Assembly (NCBI GenBank): GCA_043812155.1
Contig: JBDRMK010000017.1
Location: 13,824-77,823 of the forward strand
Direction: 5' to 3'
DNA: 64,000 nucleotides
Source of the DNA: Patescibacteria group bacterium
GTDB lineage: Bacteria; Patescibacteriota; Patescibacteriia; JAXHNJ01
In this document: one piece after another, positions 1-9,955 of the stretch
Layout of the letters: every line of letters begins with the position of its first letter
Position numbering within the stretch: position 1 is the first letter of the stretch
Notes under the pieces: model-generated
What the model saw: only the letters and a program-made list of their open reading frames with translations
What the model was told of the DNA's origin: nothing
Databases searched by the model: none
Position numbers and translations under genes: made by a program

Positions 1-95
1 AGGCGCGGATCAGGCGCCACGTCAAAAACACGGTCTTCAAGAGCTTCTTCGCCGATCTTTTTCCCTTCTGAATTTAAAACGTCTATTTTGATCAT
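1..95 (-). CDS. rplD: 50S ribosomal protein L4, N-terminal part (gene continues beyond window start)
   Basis: Reverse-complement of 1-95 reads MIKIDVLNSEGKKIGEEALEDRVFDVAPDPR, a typical L4 N-terminus. It sits immediately downstream of rplC in the expected S10-operon order. Confidence 0.6.
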   Translation of the reverse strand, partial: MIKIDVLNSEGKKIGEEALEDRVFDVAPDPR

Positions 96-98
96 ATA

Positions 99-794
99 TT
101 ATTTTTTCTTGGCGGCCTGGGCTTTCGCCGGCTTCTTCTCTTTTCCCTCGGACAAAGCCTCTTCTTCCACCGTATTTTTTTTCTTAATGCCTTCACCGAT
201 GATAAGAAGGAGGCTTTGGCGGACGCCGGGCGTGGCGCCTTTGAGATATATAATCTTGTTTTCCTCATCGATCTTGATGACTTCCAGATTTTTTACCGTT
301 ACTTTTTCATATCCCATTCTTCCAGGGCCACGCCTTCCTTTTATGACGTGCTGGGGAAAAGTGGGGCCGGCGGAGCCGGGCATGCGCAGCTGATCCTTGG
401 TTCCGTGGCTGGCCGGCGCGCCGTGAAAATGATGCCGGCGAACCACCCCTTGAAAACCCTTACCTTTGGACATCCCTTGGACAGAAACCAGCTCCTGGGG
501 TTCAAATATATTCAATTTAATTTCCTGGCCTTTTTGAAAATTCGCAATATCATCAATCCTGAATTCCCGCAAATGCCGGAAATCCCGGGCGCTTTTAGGC
601 GTGCCTTCTTTCTTTTTTTTATTCTTTTTTTTCTCGCCCAGGCCGAGCTGAATCGCCTGATAGCCGTCCTTCTCCTTGTTCTTCACCTGCGTCACGACTA
701 AAGATTCGACTAAAACCTTGGTCACCGGCGTGACCCGCCCGTTTTCGTCAAAAATTTGCGACATTTCAATTTTTTTCCCTAAAATTGCTTTCAT
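99..794 (-). CDS. rplC: 50S ribosomal protein L3
   Basis: 231-aa ORF with an L3-like sequence (GMSKGKGFQGVVRRHHFHGAPASHG... region) and a Lys-rich C-terminal tail. Positioned between rpsJ and rplD. Confidence 0.9.
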   Translation of the reverse strand: MKAILGKKIEMSQIFDENGRVTPVTKVLVESLVVTQVKNKEKDGYQAIQLGLGEKKKNKKKKEGTPKSARDFRHLREFRIDDIANFQKGQEIKLNIFEPQELVSVQGMSKGKGFQGVVRRHHFHGAPASHGTKDQLRMPGSAGPTFPQHVIKGRRGPGRMGYEKVTVKNLEVIKIDEENKIIYLKGATPGVRQSLLLIIGEGIKKKNTVEEEALSEGKEKKPAKAQAAKKK

Positions 795-962
795 GTTAAT
801 GGAATAACCTTGCTTTTACGAAAAAAACCGAGACTGCAAGTTATAAACCAAAATTGTAAGCTCGGTTTTTTTACTGGCAAATCGTTATCTGGGGATTAAA
901 GACCTTTTTTTTCGTATTTTCATCCTCAGAACCTATTTACGCTTTATTTGATTATTATTAAT

Positions 963-1313
963 TTACATCTTTATTTCCACGTCCACGCCGGCCGGCAAAT
1001 TCAAACTCATCATGGAATCAACTGTTTTGGGCGTCGGGTCCAGAATATCGATCAAGCGCTTGTGGATCCGCATCTCATACTGGTCGCGCGAATCCTTATG
1101 GACAAAAGAAGAACGGTTGACCGTGTATTTGCTTTTCTCGGTCGGCAAAGGCACCGGACCCTTGACTTTCGCGCCCGAACGCAAAGCCGTCTCAATGATC
1201 GTCCGCGTCGATTGATCGATTATCTTATGATCATAGGCGCGGATTTTTATCCGGATCCGCTGACGCGGCTCTTCTTCTTTCTCGCTATTTACGACTTTTT
1301 CGTGGGTAAGCAT
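963..1313 (-). CDS. rpsJ: 30S ribosomal protein S10
   Basis: Translation carries the S10 signature [40 protein letters not shown] and lies downstream of tuf. Confidence 0.9.
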   Translation of the reverse strand: MLTHEKVVNSEKEEEPRQRIRIKIRAYDHKIIDQSTRTIIETALRSGAKVKGPVPLPTEKSKYTVNRSSFVHKDSRDQYEMRIHKRLIDILDPTPKTVDSMMSLNLPAGVDVEIKM

Positions 1314-1359
1314 GGAAAGATCAAAATTATGTTTTTATATATTTATCTAAGTTAATCTT

Positions 1360-2544
1360 TTATTTAATGATCTTGGTCACGACCCCGGCGCCAACGGTAT
1401 GACCGCCTTCACGGATCGCCAATCTTTGATGCTCTTCCAAAGCGATAGGTTTGACCAGCTTTACCTTTAACTTGACTGTATCTCCCGGCATGACCATTTC
1501 GGTCTTTTCCGGCAATTCCACTTCGCCCGTGACGTCAGTCGTCCGGATATAGAACTGCGGCTTGTAGCCTTTGAAAAACGGAGTATGGCGGCCGCCTTCT
1601 TCTTTGGTCAAAATATAGATCTCACTTTCAAATTCAGTGTGAGGGGTGACGGAGCCCGGTTTGACGATGACCTGGCCTCTTTCCACATCTTCTTTCTTGA
1701 TGCTGCGCAATAATATGCCCGCATTGTCTCCGGCCATGCCTTCATCCAATGATTTATTGAACATTTCAATGCCGGTGACCACGGTTTTTCTGGTCTCGCC
1801 CAGACCGACGATCTCCACTTCGTCATTGATCTTCACCATGCCTCTTTCAATTCTGCCGGTCACGACCGTGCCGCGGCCTTCAATGGAAAAGATATCTTCG
1901 ATCGGCATCAAGAAAGGCTTTTCCGTTTCGCGCTTCGGCTCGGGAATATATTCATCCAAAGTTTTGATCAATTCCATGACGGCATCCTGTGAAGCCGCAT
2001 CGCCCTCTAAGGCTTTCAAAGCTGAACCTTTGATAAAGGGCGTGGTATCACCGGGATATTCATACTTTTTGAGCAAGTCCCTTACTTCTTCTTCCACTAG
2101 ATCCACCAGTTCTTTATCTTCCACTTGATCAATTTTATTCAAAAAAACCACGATGGCCGGTACGCCAACCTGGTGCGCCAAAAGGATATGTTCGCGGGTC
2201 TGAGGCATCGGACCGTCCGCGGCGCTGACGACTAATACGGCGCCGTCCATCTGGGCCGCCCCGGTAATCATGTTTTTCACGTAATCCGCGTGGCCCGGAC
2301 AGTCAATATGAGCATAGTGTCTTTTTTCGCTTTCATATTCTTCATGAGAAGTGGCGATGGTCAGGCCTCTTTCCTTTTCTTCCGGAGAATTATCAATATC
2401 GTCCACGCTTTTATCCTTAGCCTTAAAACCCTTGGCGCTTAAAGTCTTTAAAATGGCCGCCGTTAAAGTGGTCTTGCCGTGGTCAACATGACCGATCGTT
2501 CCCACATTAACATGGGGTTTTGTTCTTTCAAATTTTTCCGTCAT
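1360..2544 (-). CDS. tuf: Elongation factor Tu
   Basis: 394 aa with the [11 protein letters not shown]-loop, DCPGHADY and NKID motifs; full-length EF-Tu. Confidence 0.97.
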   Translation of the reverse strand: MTEKFERTKPHVNVGTIGHVDHGKTTLTAAILKTLSAKGFKAKDKSVDDIDNSPEEKERGLTIATSHEEYESEKRHYAHIDCPGHADYVKNMITGAAQMDGAVLVVSAADGPMPQTREHILLAHQVGVPAIVVFLNKIDQVEDKELVDLVEEEVRDLLKKYEYPGDTTPFIKGSALKALEGDAASQDAVMELIKTLDEYIPEPKRETEKPFLMPIEDIFSIEGRGTVVTGRIERGMVKINDEVEIVGLGETRKTVVTGIEMFNKSLDEGMAGDNAGILLRSIKKEDVERGQVIVKPGSVTPHTEFESEIYILTKEEGGRHTPFFKGYKPQFYIRTTDVTGEVELPEKTEMVMPGDTVKLKVKLVKPIALEEHQRLAIREGGHTVGAGVVTKIIK

Positions 2545-2719
2545 TTTTTTAATTCCTTTCTATTAGCCCTAAAGTCTAAAATTATCGCTTTAGGGGGTGT
2601 AAAAATTGATATTGGATTAATGATACTAAAAAAGCCTTTAATTGGCAATAGCGATTATAGCAATATATATAATTTTTGGCAAGTTTTTATTATAAGGATC
2701 AGTATTAATGCGGGTATTT

Positions 2720-2737
2720 TTGGCTAAATTTAGCCAA
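2720..2737. promoter_or_regulatory. Perfect 18-bp palindrome TTGGCTAAATTTAGCCAA upstream of tuf (candidate operator)
   Basis: Read directly from the sequence. It lies in the tuf 5' region and is not followed by a T-run on either strand, so it is not a terminator. Confidence 0.3.
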
Positions 2738-2793
2738 AAAATAAGGTATTATATTTTAAACGATGTTTTATTCCGACTAAGAACTAAAAACAG

Positions 2794-4164
2794 CTACATC
2801 ACGCCGATATACTCATAAAAAACATCTCCCGCCTGGTTTAAACCCGTGCCTTCAGACATTGTATCCTGGGTATATAAGATATAATCTTCGCGGCTTTCCG
2901 TATTTAAGGCATGGAGCCTGATTATTTCCTTATTTTGGCCCTCCGTAACTTCATAAGTCTGATAGATAATGGTCTGGCTGTCCGGCCACCAGGCCTTGAA
3001 TTCGCCCTGATCGCTCAATTTGACCTTTTCTTTCGACTTAATATCATAAAGAATTAAGCCTTGGTCATAATAGGCGTCATTTAAAAGGATTATTTTATTT
3101 CCGTCCGGAGAGATGATCCGGCCGCCATAACCCACCTGATCGGTTTTTTCATTGATAAAAATATCCTGGAATTGACCGGTCTTCAGATCTAATTTTTGCA
3201 GCTGGGTCCGTAAAATCGTCTCCCCTTCTTTGACGACCTGCGGGCCCCGGTTCACTAGGGCAAAACCTTGCGCCGGATAAAAACCAAGCAGTACGATAAT
3301 ATCTTTATCCTCATTTTCCTCGATTGAAGAATAATAGATTTCAGAGGAAGTCATGTTTTCTAAATTTAAGGCGTAAAGCCCGCCGGGATTTAGAACATAA
3401 TCATCGCTAACTTGATCTTGCGCGAAAATATAAACCAAAGAATTGTCATCGGAAAAAGAGACCGGCAAATACAGATCAAAACTATTTTCTTGATGCTTGA
3501 TACTGGTGGGATCGAATTCCAAAACATCACCTTCATCCAGATCTTTTATTTTTAACAAATAATTAAAGCCGGAAATATCGTCGGTTTGGCTGACGGTCTT
3601 ATTTTCCAGATAAGCAATGATATTTTTATCAGACGACAGGATAAAATCAGTGCCGAACGCGACCGGCGGGAGAAAAAAATCTTTTTTTTCACCGTCTACG
3701 CCCACCGCCCGGTTTTCGGCTTGGCCGAATTCCGTCACGATAATGATGCTGCCTGCAAGATAAGGATAGGCCGTTTCATAGGTCAGATCTTCGGCCGAGT
3801 AAAATTTGAATTTTTTCTCGCCCTTCTCGCCCGTCAGAAAAAAATTTGTCTGATATTTATTTTCGCCCAAGCTGTTAACCTCCATTACTTCTTTTTCCGC
3901 GTAGATCAACAGGTTCTGTCCGCTAATTTCTTGGTAGGTGTCAACATTCTCTCCCTTGGCGGAAAAATAGGAAATATCAAGGCCCTCTTTTTTTGTTTCA
4001 TTATTTTTGGCGTTTTTGTGGAAATAAAAAAAACCTCCCAGAGCCACGAACATCAGCAAAAAGATCACCAGCGGCAGTATAAATTTGATATCTTTATCTG
4101 CTATACTTTTATTTTTGGGCATAAATGATCTACTTTTTTTTGCCTTCAATGATCTCGGCGGCAA
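2794..4164 (-). CDS. Membrane-anchored WD40/TolB-like beta-propeller protein inserted between fusA and tuf
   Basis: 456-aa ORF with an N-terminal TM helix ([20 protein letters not shown]) followed by PD40/TolB-like repeats ([23 protein letters not shown]). No clear orthologue recognised. Confidence 0.5.
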   Translation of the reverse strand: MPPRSLKAKKSRSFMPKNKSIADKDIKFILPLVIFLLMFVALGGFFYFHKNAKNNETKKEGLDISYFSAKGENVDTYQEISGQNLLIYAEKEVMEVNSLGENKYQTNFFLTGEKGEKKFKFYSAEDLTYETAYPYLAGSIIIVTEFGQAENRAVGVDGEKKDFFLPPVAFGTDFILSSDKNIIAYLENKTVSQTDDISGFNYLLKIKDLDEGDVLEFDPTSIKHQENSFDLYLPVSFSDDNSLVYIFAQDQVSDDYVLNPGGLYALNLENMTSSEIYYSSIEENEDKDIIVLLGFYPAQGFALVNRGPQVVKEGETILRTQLQKLDLKTGQFQDIFINEKTDQVGYGGRIISPDGNKIILLNDAYYDQGLILYDIKSKEKVKLSDQGEFKAWWPDSQTIIYQTYEVTEGQNKEIIRLHALNTESREDYILYTQDTMSEGTGLNQAGDVFYEYIGVM

Positions 4165-6205
4165 TGTGGGCGGAGACCGGCGAGTAATTGGAAAATTCCA
4201 TATTATAGGAAGCGCGGCCCTGGCTCATGGAACGCAATGAAGTGGCATAGCCGAACATGGTCGCCAAGGGCACGTCCGCGTCAATTATTTTCGAGTTGCC
4301 GCGGTCACGCATGTTCTTTATATGGGCTCTTTTGGAATTCAAGTCGCCGATGATGTCTCCCATGAATTTTTCCGGGGTGACCACTTCCACTTTCATGATC
4401 GGCTCAAGCAATATAGGCTTGGCTTTTTTGGCGGCCGCCTGCAAGGCCATGGACCCGGCGATCTTAAAAGCGGCTTCCGAAGAATCAACTTCATGATAAG
4501 TGCCGTCAAATACCGTCACCTTAATATCAACCATGGGGTAGCCGGCCAAGACGCCGTTATCCAGGGCTTCCTTGACCCCTTTTTGGATCGGCAGGATGTA
4601 TTCCTTGGGAATGGTGCCGCCTTTTACCTCATCCACGAATTCAAAGCCTTTGTTGCCTTTCTGCTTTTCCACCCGCAAAAAGCAATGGCCGTATTGGCCG
4701 CGGCCGCCGGATTGCTTGATATATTTGCCTTCCGCCTCCGCCGTCTGAGTGATCGTTTCCTTGTAGGCGACCTGCGGCTGGCCGACATTGGCCTCCACCT
4801 TGAATTCCCGCTTCATCCGGTCCACCAGGATTTCCAAATGCAGCTCGCCCATGCCGGAAATGATCGTCTGGTTGATCTCTTCGTCTGACTTAACCTTAAA
4901 AGTCGGGTCTTCCTGCATCAGCTTAGCCAAGGCAAAACCCATTTTTTCCTGGTCCGCCTTAGTCTTCGGCTCAATAGCCACGGAAATGACCGGTTCGGGG
5001 AAAACGATATTTTCCAAAGTAATGGGGTTATTTTCATCGCATAAAGTATCGCCAGTGGTCGTGTTTTTCAAGCCCACCGCCGCGGCGATATCGCCGGCAT
5101 AAACTTCTTTCACTTCTTCCCGGTGGTTGGCGTGAAGTCTTACGATACGGCCGACTCTTTCTTTTTTATCGGTGCGCGTGTTCAAAACATAGGAACCGGC
5201 GGCCAGCGTGCCGGAATAGACCCGGAAAAAAGATAAAGTGCCGACAAAAGGATCCGTGGCCACTTTAAAAGCCAGGGCGGAAAATGACTCTTCATCGCTT
5301 GTTTTCCGGACGATCTTATTTTCCGTCCGGGGCTCAAAACCTTCGATCGGAGGGACTTCCAAAGGCGAAGGAAGATAATCATTGACCGCGTCCAGCATGA
5401 ACTGCACCCCTTTATTCTTTAAGGCCGAGCCGCAAAGCACGGGAAAAAGCTTATGAGCGATGGTCGCCTGGCGCAGGATTTTTTTCATTTCGGAAACGTC
5501 AGGCTCTTTGCCTTCCAAATATTCATGCAGTAATTTATCATTCTGCTCACAGATCGCTTCCACCATTTGATGGCGGTACTCTTCCACTTTTTCTTTCATC
5601 TCTTCAGGCACCTCGGTATCCTCCCACTCTTTGCCGTCCTCGTCTTTATAGAGCCGAGCTTTTCTTTCAAACAAATCAATGATCCCTTTAAAATTCTCTT
5701 CCGCCCCGATCGGCAGCTGGATGGGCACGGCGTCCTTGCTCAATCTTTCGTGAATGGAATCCAGATCAAAATAAAAATTGGCGCCCATCCGGTCCATCTT
5801 ATTGACAAAACAGATCAGAGGCACTTTGAATTTTTCCGCCTGGTGCCAGACAGTTTCCGATTGGGGCTCCACTCCGGCCACGCCGTCAAAAACCACCACC
5901 CCGCCGTCCAGGACGCGCAAAGAGCGCTGGACCTCGGCCGTAAAATCAATATGACCGGGCGTGTCAATGATATTTATCCGGTGGTCTTTCCAAAAACAGG
6001 TGGTGGCGGCGGAAGTGATGGTAATGCCGCGCTCCTTTTCCTGCTCCATCCAGTCCATTTCCGCTTCGCCGTTGTGCACTTCGCCGATCTTATGCTTTTT
6101 TCCGGTGTAATACAAAATGCGCTCGGAAACCGTGGTTTTTCCGGCGTCAATGTGAGCTATAATCCCAATATTCCTTGTTTTTTCTAATGAATACTCTCTT
6201 GCCAT
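4130..6205 (-). CDS. fusA: Elongation factor G
   Basis: 691 aa with [17 protein letters not shown] and NKMD motifs and a full EF-G domain set. Starts [25 protein letters not shown]. Confidence 0.97.
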   Translation of the reverse strand: MAREYSLEKTRNIGIIAHIDAGKTTVSERILYYTGKKHKIGEVHNGEAEMDWMEQEKERGITITSAATTCFWKDHRINIIDTPGHIDFTAEVQRSLRVLDGGVVVFDGVAGVEPQSETVWHQAEKFKVPLICFVNKMDRMGANFYFDLDSIHERLSKDAVPIQLPIGAEENFKGIIDLFERKARLYKDEDGKEWEDTEVPEEMKEKVEEYRHQMVEAICEQNDKLLHEYLEGKEPDVSEMKKILRQATIAHKLFPVLCGSALKNKGVQFMLDAVNDYLPSPLEVPPIEGFEPRTENKIVRKTSDEESFSALAFKVATDPFVGTLSFFRVYSGTLAAGSYVLNTRTDKKERVGRIVRLHANHREEVKEVYAGDIAAAVGLKNTTTGDTLCDENNPITLENIVFPEPVISVAIEPKTKADQEKMGFALAKLMQEDPTFKVKSDEEINQTIISGMGELHLEILVDRMKREFKVEANVGQPQVAYKETITQTAEAEGKYIKQSGGRGQYGHCFLRVEKQKGNKGFEFVDEVKGGTIPKEYILPIQKGVKEALDNGVLAGYPMVDIKVTVFDGTYHEVDSSEAAFKIAGSMALQAAAKKAKPILLEPIMKVEVVTPEKFMGDIIGDLNSKRAHIKNMRDRGNSKIIDADVPLATMFGYATSLRSMSQGRASYNMEFSNYSPVSAHIAAEIIEGKKK

Positions 6206-6220
6206 AATTCAAAATTTCCC

Positions 6221-6310
6221 TTATTTTATTTTACTCATCCTGAGCCGCGTCGAAGGATGAGCGATAATGCCGATATTTCTCGTTTTTTCTAATGAATACT
6301 CTCTGGCCAT
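6221..6310 (-). pseudogene. Diverged duplicate of the fusA 5' end (first 18 codons), truncated
   Basis: Reverse-complement reads ATGGCCAGAGAGTATTCATTAGAAAAAACGAGAAATATCGGCATTATCGCTCAT... = [18 protein letters not shown], then diverges into PSTRLRMSKIK*. It differs from the real fusA start at 7 synonymous third positions and no replacement sites. There is no SD upstream. Confidence 0.5.
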
Positions 6311-6344
6311 AATAAAAAAAGACTTTTGTTAATTATTGATAATA

Positions 6345-6881
6345 TTATTGGCTTGCCTGAGCCTCTCTTATAAAACCCTCTAGTTGGCCAAAAATATATT
6401 TAAAAGCGGCTTTAACTTCTTCTGAATCTGGATCCTTACCTATTGTTTCCTCTTTTCTTGGATTTATCTTTTCTTTCAGCAACTCGTCCAAACTGCTTCT
6501 TAGAAGCGAGTCTCCAACTGTGAGTTCGTAAGCTTCTCTTAGCTTAGCTTGATACTTACTGTTTAAATCGTTAGAGCCTTCAATTTTTCTTAAATGGTCT
6601 GGGTCAATTTCCGTTATTCTTTTACCGGTCATTTTTTTAACTATAGCGTTAACCTTATCTATCTTATCAATCTTATCTATTTCTTCTTGACGGCGTTCTA
6701 TTTCTTTAGGAGTTACCGGCCTTCTTAATTCTCTTGCCGCATAGGTATTTAAATCATCTATTGAATCTTCAATTGATCCAAGATTACCCTTTTTACGGGC
6801 TTCCTCAAATTTCTTAGTCATTCCTTCTCTTTCTCTTTGTTCTTCTGGCTCAATCGCGGAGAATTCTTTATTTTCTGCCAT
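6345..6881 (-). CDS. Hypothetical acidic protein, paralog 1 of a tandem pair inserted in the str operon
   Basis: 178 aa. N-terminus MAENKEFSAIEPEEQREREGMTKKFEEARKKG parallels the neighbouring ORF (MNEGKEFKLISPEEKNRIEGVTPEFEEARMGK). AT-richer than the flanking ribosomal genes. Confidence 0.6.
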   Translation of the reverse strand: MAENKEFSAIEPEEQREREGMTKKFEEARKKGNLGSIEDSIDDLNTYAARELRRPVTPKEIERRQEEIDKIDKIDKVNAIVKKMTGKRITEIDPDHLRKIEGSNDLNSKYQAKLREAYELTVGDSLLRSSLDELLKEKINPRKEETIGKDPDSEEVKAAFKYIFGQLEGFIREAQASQ

Positions 6882-6935
6882 ATGTTTTAATAATTTATCT
6901 TATACTCTTCTATATAAATCTTAAATGAATATTTG

Positions 6936-7436
6936 TCAAATCTGCTGCTGAAATTCCCTCATTTTATTAAGAATCTCTTCGGTCTCATTTTGGAGATGCC
7001 AAAAATGCGATAGATCATATCTCTCTTCCATTGTCGACTCTAATAATTCATTGTACCTCATCAAGCACGACGTGTAGGAATCCTGAACTTCCATAAGTCT
7101 TTTGGAATGTTCGACCCCCGCTACCGCCCTAATTTCATCCCATAAGACACCACATGCCGTCAGTTTCTCGCGGGCGTTTTGTATTGCCTCTTTAATATCA
7201 TTTATTTCTCGTAAAGTATTCCTAGCGCTCAAAAACTCATTAACTTTGCTGTCGAGTTTCACTTTCATCGCCACCGCACTTTCAAAACGCCGCTCATACG
7301 TTGAGGCACTTTTGTCTTCAACAAATGCATCTATTGCCCGTTTTCCCATTCTTGCTTCCTCAAACTCTGGAGTTACTCCCTCTATTCTATTCTTTTCCTC
7401 AGGGCTAATCAGTTTGAATTCTTTTCCTTCATTCAT
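6936..7436 (-). CDS. Hypothetical protein, paralog 2 of the tandem pair
   Basis: 166 aa. Shares the N-terminal motif M-x-E-x-KEF-x-I-x-PEE-x-R-x-EG-x-T-x-x-FEEAR with the 6345-6881 ORF. Confidence 0.6.
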   Translation of the reverse strand: MNEGKEFKLISPEEKNRIEGVTPEFEEARMGKRAIDAFVEDKSASTYERRFESAVAMKVKLDSKVNEFLSARNTLREINDIKEAIQNAREKLTACGVLWDEIRAVAGVEHSKRLMEVQDSYTSCLMRYNELLESTMEERYDLSHFWHLQNETEEILNKMREFQQQI

Positions 7437-7468
7437 AACAATTATATTAGTGCCTTATTAACTAATAT

Positions 7469-7939
7469 TTATCTCCGGCCAAAATGAGCGAAAGCGCGGT
7501 TGGCTTCGGCCATCCGGTGGACATCCTCGCGTTTGGCCATGGCCGCCCCGGTTTTCTGGGAAGCGGCGATCAGTTCTTCGGCCAGCTTTTCCGCCATCTC
7601 TTTGCCTTTCTTCTCGCGAGCGGCGCCTAATATCCAGCGGAAAGCGAGAGCCTGCCTCCGGTCGCCTCTCACTTCCATCGGAATTTGGTAATTGGCGCCG
7701 CCGATCCGCTTTGATTTCACCTCCACGGCCGGGGACACGTTTTTTAAAGCGAGGTCAAAAATCTCCAAAGGATCTTTCTTGGTCTTCTCGGAAATTATAT
7801 CAAAGGATTTATAAAATAACCTCTGGGCCGTGGACTTTTTCCCTTGGCGCATGACCTGATTGATGAACTTGGCGATCACTACGCTTGAAAACTTGGGATC
7901 AGCCGCGATTTTTCTTTTTTTGGCTTGTTTTGATCTCAT
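7469..7939 (-). CDS. rpsG: 30S ribosomal protein S7
   Basis: S7-like sequence (RIGGANYQIPMEVRGDRRQALAFRWI). Start chosen at Met50 of the listed ORF (MRSKQAKKRK...), which abuts the rpsL stop. Confidence 0.85.
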   Translation of the reverse strand: MRSKQAKKRKIAADPKFSSVVIAKFINQVMRQGKKSTAQRLFYKSFDIISEKTKKDPLEIFDLALKNVSPAVEVKSKRIGGANYQIPMEVRGDRRQALAFRWILGAAREKKGKEMAEKLAEELIAASQKTGAAMAKREDVHRMAEANRAFAHFGRR

Positions 7940-7940
7940 A

Positions 7941-8366
7941 TTATTTCTTCTCCTTTTCCCGTTTGGCGCCGTAAAGGCTGCGGCCCTGTTTTCTCCCCTC
8001 AACGCCCAGGGAATCATAAACCCCGCGCACGATGTGATAACGCACGCCTGGCAGGTCTTTAACCCGGCCGCCACGGACCAAGACAATGGAATGCTCCTGT
8101 AAATTATGGCCCACGCCGGGGATATAAGCGGTCACTTCCTGGCCATTGGACAGCCTGACCCGGGCGATCTTGCGCAAAGCGGAATTAGGCTTTTTAGGCG
8201 TGGTCGTGGTCACTTTTAAGCAGACGCCCCGCTTGAACGGGCTGCCATGGGCTAATTTGGTCCGGCGCCTTTTAATGGTGTCCAAGACGGTTTCCAAGGC
8301 CGGAGTCTTGGTTTTTCTTTTCAGGGATTTCCTGCCCTTTCTTATTAGCTGACTGATGGTTGGCAT
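7941..8366 (-). CDS. rpsL: 30S ribosomal protein S12
   Basis: 141 aa starting [13 protein letters not shown], with the [11 protein letters not shown]12 signature. Confidence 0.92.
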   Translation of the reverse strand: MPTISQLIRKGRKSLKRKTKTPALETVLDTIKRRRTKLAHGSPFKRGVCLKVTTTTPKKPNSALRKIARVRLSNGQEVTAYIPGVGHNLQEHSIVLVRGGRVKDLPGVRYHIVRGVYDSLGVEGRKQGRSLYGAKREKEKK

Positions 8367-8728
8367 AATTGATTATATTTTAGCAAATATTATTTATTAT
8401 TTCAATAAAAGGTATTAAAACCCTAGAGCAAGCCCTGGACTCAATTGCCGCAGCAAACTGGAGGGATATTAAGCCTTTTGATGCCTTCGCTCGTTCGGAA
8501 AAGAAAATGCTTTTTCTTTTTACTCGCTCGCTCGGCAATAAAAAAACCTCTTAACGCTAACGAGGATTCCTTGTTGATAATATAGCAGAAAGAGACTAAA
8601 AATGTCAAATCTAGCTTAAATTCTGGAAAATCTGCTCAGAAAGCTAGCTATCCAAAATTAATTTTGGCCTCATTGAGTCCTGCCCGCCGTAGCCCCGAGC
8701 GAAGTCGAGGGGCGAAGGCGGGTCAAAT

Positions 8729-9358
8729 CTAGCCGAAAATACGGAAAATTGCCTGAGAAAAAAAGTTAAAAAGGCCGGCAAACAGGCCAAGATTTAAGAT
8801 CCGGTCCAAAATAATGATAAATAGAAGTATCATCGGCCCGGACTTTTCCAGCCTTAATTTAAAATTATCAAGAGAAGGCGGCAAAATTTTCATTAAGATC
8901 TTTGAGCCGTCCAAAGGCGGAACAGGAATAAGGTTAAAAACCATCAGGATAATATTGATGTAAATAAGAGTGAAAAGAAAATAGACCAAAAGATTTTCCG
9001 GGCCCAGGAAGGCCAAAAATTTAAGGGCCAGGCCGAAAATAAAAATCTGGGCCAAATTGGAAAGCGGGCCGGCCGCGGAAACAAAAACTTCGCCCCATTT
9101 CTGATTCTTAAGATTATAAGGATTGACCGGCACCGGTTTGCCGTAGCCAAAACCGACCAGCAATAAAAAAAGCAGTCCCCAGAGATCAAGATGGGCCAGA
9201 GGATTCAAAGTGAGACGGCCGGAATTCTTGGCGGTGGGATCGCCGGCGAGATTGGCGGCGAAAGCGTGGGAAAACTCGTGGATCGTGATGCCGATCAAAA
9301 TCGCCGCCAGCCAAATGAGGAAAAATACCGGCTCAGAAAAAAGTAAATTGATTATCAT
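8729..9358 (-). CDS. Site-2 protease family (peptidase M50) membrane zinc metalloprotease
   Basis: 209 aa, multi-TM. HEFSHAF matches the HExxH motif characteristic of M50/SpoIVFB-like proteases. Confidence 0.65.
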   Translation of the reverse strand: MIINLLFSEPVFFLIWLAAILIGITIHEFSHAFAANLAGDPTAKNSGRLTLNPLAHLDLWGLLFLLLVGFGYGKPVPVNPYNLKNQKWGEVFVSAAGPLSNLAQIFIFGLALKFLAFLGPENLLVYFLFTLIYINIILMVFNLIPVPPLDGSKILMKILPPSLDNFKLRLEKSGPMILLFIIILDRILNLGLFAGLFNFFSQAIFRIFG

Positions 9359-9446
9359 ATGATATTTATGCCTCTTGAAAAATTTTTAAAAAGTGATATG
9401 CTGATAAAAGGCGAATTTAATAAAGAATAAATAAGGAAAAAACGTT

Positions 9447-9620
9447 ATGGCCAAGTCCTGCGCGATCTGCGGTAAAACGGCGAGAAAAAGCTTTTCCCGC
9501 AGTCATTCTAACATAGCCACCAAAAGATTACAAAAAGCCAATCTGCAAACTTTGATCAAAGACGGAAAAAAATACCGGGCGTGTACCTCTTGTATCAAAA
9601 GTTATTCCAAAAATAAATAA
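9447..9620 (+). CDS. rpmB: 50S ribosomal protein L28 (57 aa, below the ORF-track cutoff)
   Basis: ATG at 9447 and TAA at 9618. Translation MAKSCAICGKTARKSFSRSHSNIATKRLQKANLQTLIKDGKKYRACTSCIKSYSKNK matches the L28 pattern (C-x-x-C...SHSN...K-x-x-PNLQ). Confidence 0.75.
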   Translation: MAKSCAICGKTARKSFSRSHSNIATKRLQKANLQTLIKDGKKYRACTSCIKSYSKNK

Positions 9621-9674
9621 GGGGTATTTATTTAATGTAACTGGCCGGGATCTGAGAAAAGAAATTTCCTGAGT

Positions 9675-9709
9675 CGGGGTGTAGCGTAGTTGGTAGCGCG
9701 CATGCATGG
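9675..9709 (+). other. Orphan canonical tRNA 5' half (acceptor, D-arm and anticodon-stem 5' strand), followed by a hairpin at 9710-9738
   Basis: CGGGGTG-TA-GCGT-AGTTGGTA-GCGC-G-CATGC-ATGG has a canonical D-loop with GG. It shares GCGCATGCATGG with the downstream tRNA-Pro. No matching 3' half follows directly; instead there is the hairpin CCCGCC-TTAGTCTCTAAGACTT-CGGCGGG. Confidence 0.4.
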
Positions 9710-9769
9710 CCCGCCTTAGTCTCTAAGACTTCGGCGGGTAAAAGTGCTTTGAAAATTGACTGTTCGGGT

Positions 9770-9844
9770 CGGGGTATGGCCCAGCTAGCTTAGGGCGCAT
9801 GCATGGGGTGCATGAGATCGTGGGTGCGAATCCCACTACCCCGA
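9770..9844 (+). tRNA. tRNA-Pro (anticodon GGG), 75 nt, atypical D-loop
   Basis: Hand-folded: acceptor CGGGGTA/TACCCCG, anticodon stem CATGC/GCATG, loop ATGGGGT (anticodon GGG), T-arm GTGGG-TGCGAAT-CCCAC, discriminator A. The D-loop AGCTAGCTTA lacks the conserved GG. No encoded CCA. Confidence 0.55.
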
Positions 9845-9955
9845 CCCGAGTATTTTATTAAGAGCATGCCTGTCCGCCGAAGCTCGAATAACTATGAGAG
9901 CGTAGGCGGAAGGTCGCGAATTTACCGCCACAAAAATATAATTAATATAAACCCT

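Noticed and set aside
4322-6187. Several plus-strand ORFs (188 and 206 aa) inside fusA
   Set aside because: Antisense to a full-length EF-G with all motifs.
9710-9806. Group I intron in tRNA-Pro
   Set aside because: The intervening segment is about 97 nt, far too short for a group I intron and without P/Q/R/S elements. It is kept only as a generic split or duplicated tRNA hypothesis.
9803-9955. 5' extension of the 9803-11275 ORF
   Set aside because: It would overlap tRNA-Pro (9770-9844). A plausible start, MKKTKV, exists at 9956.
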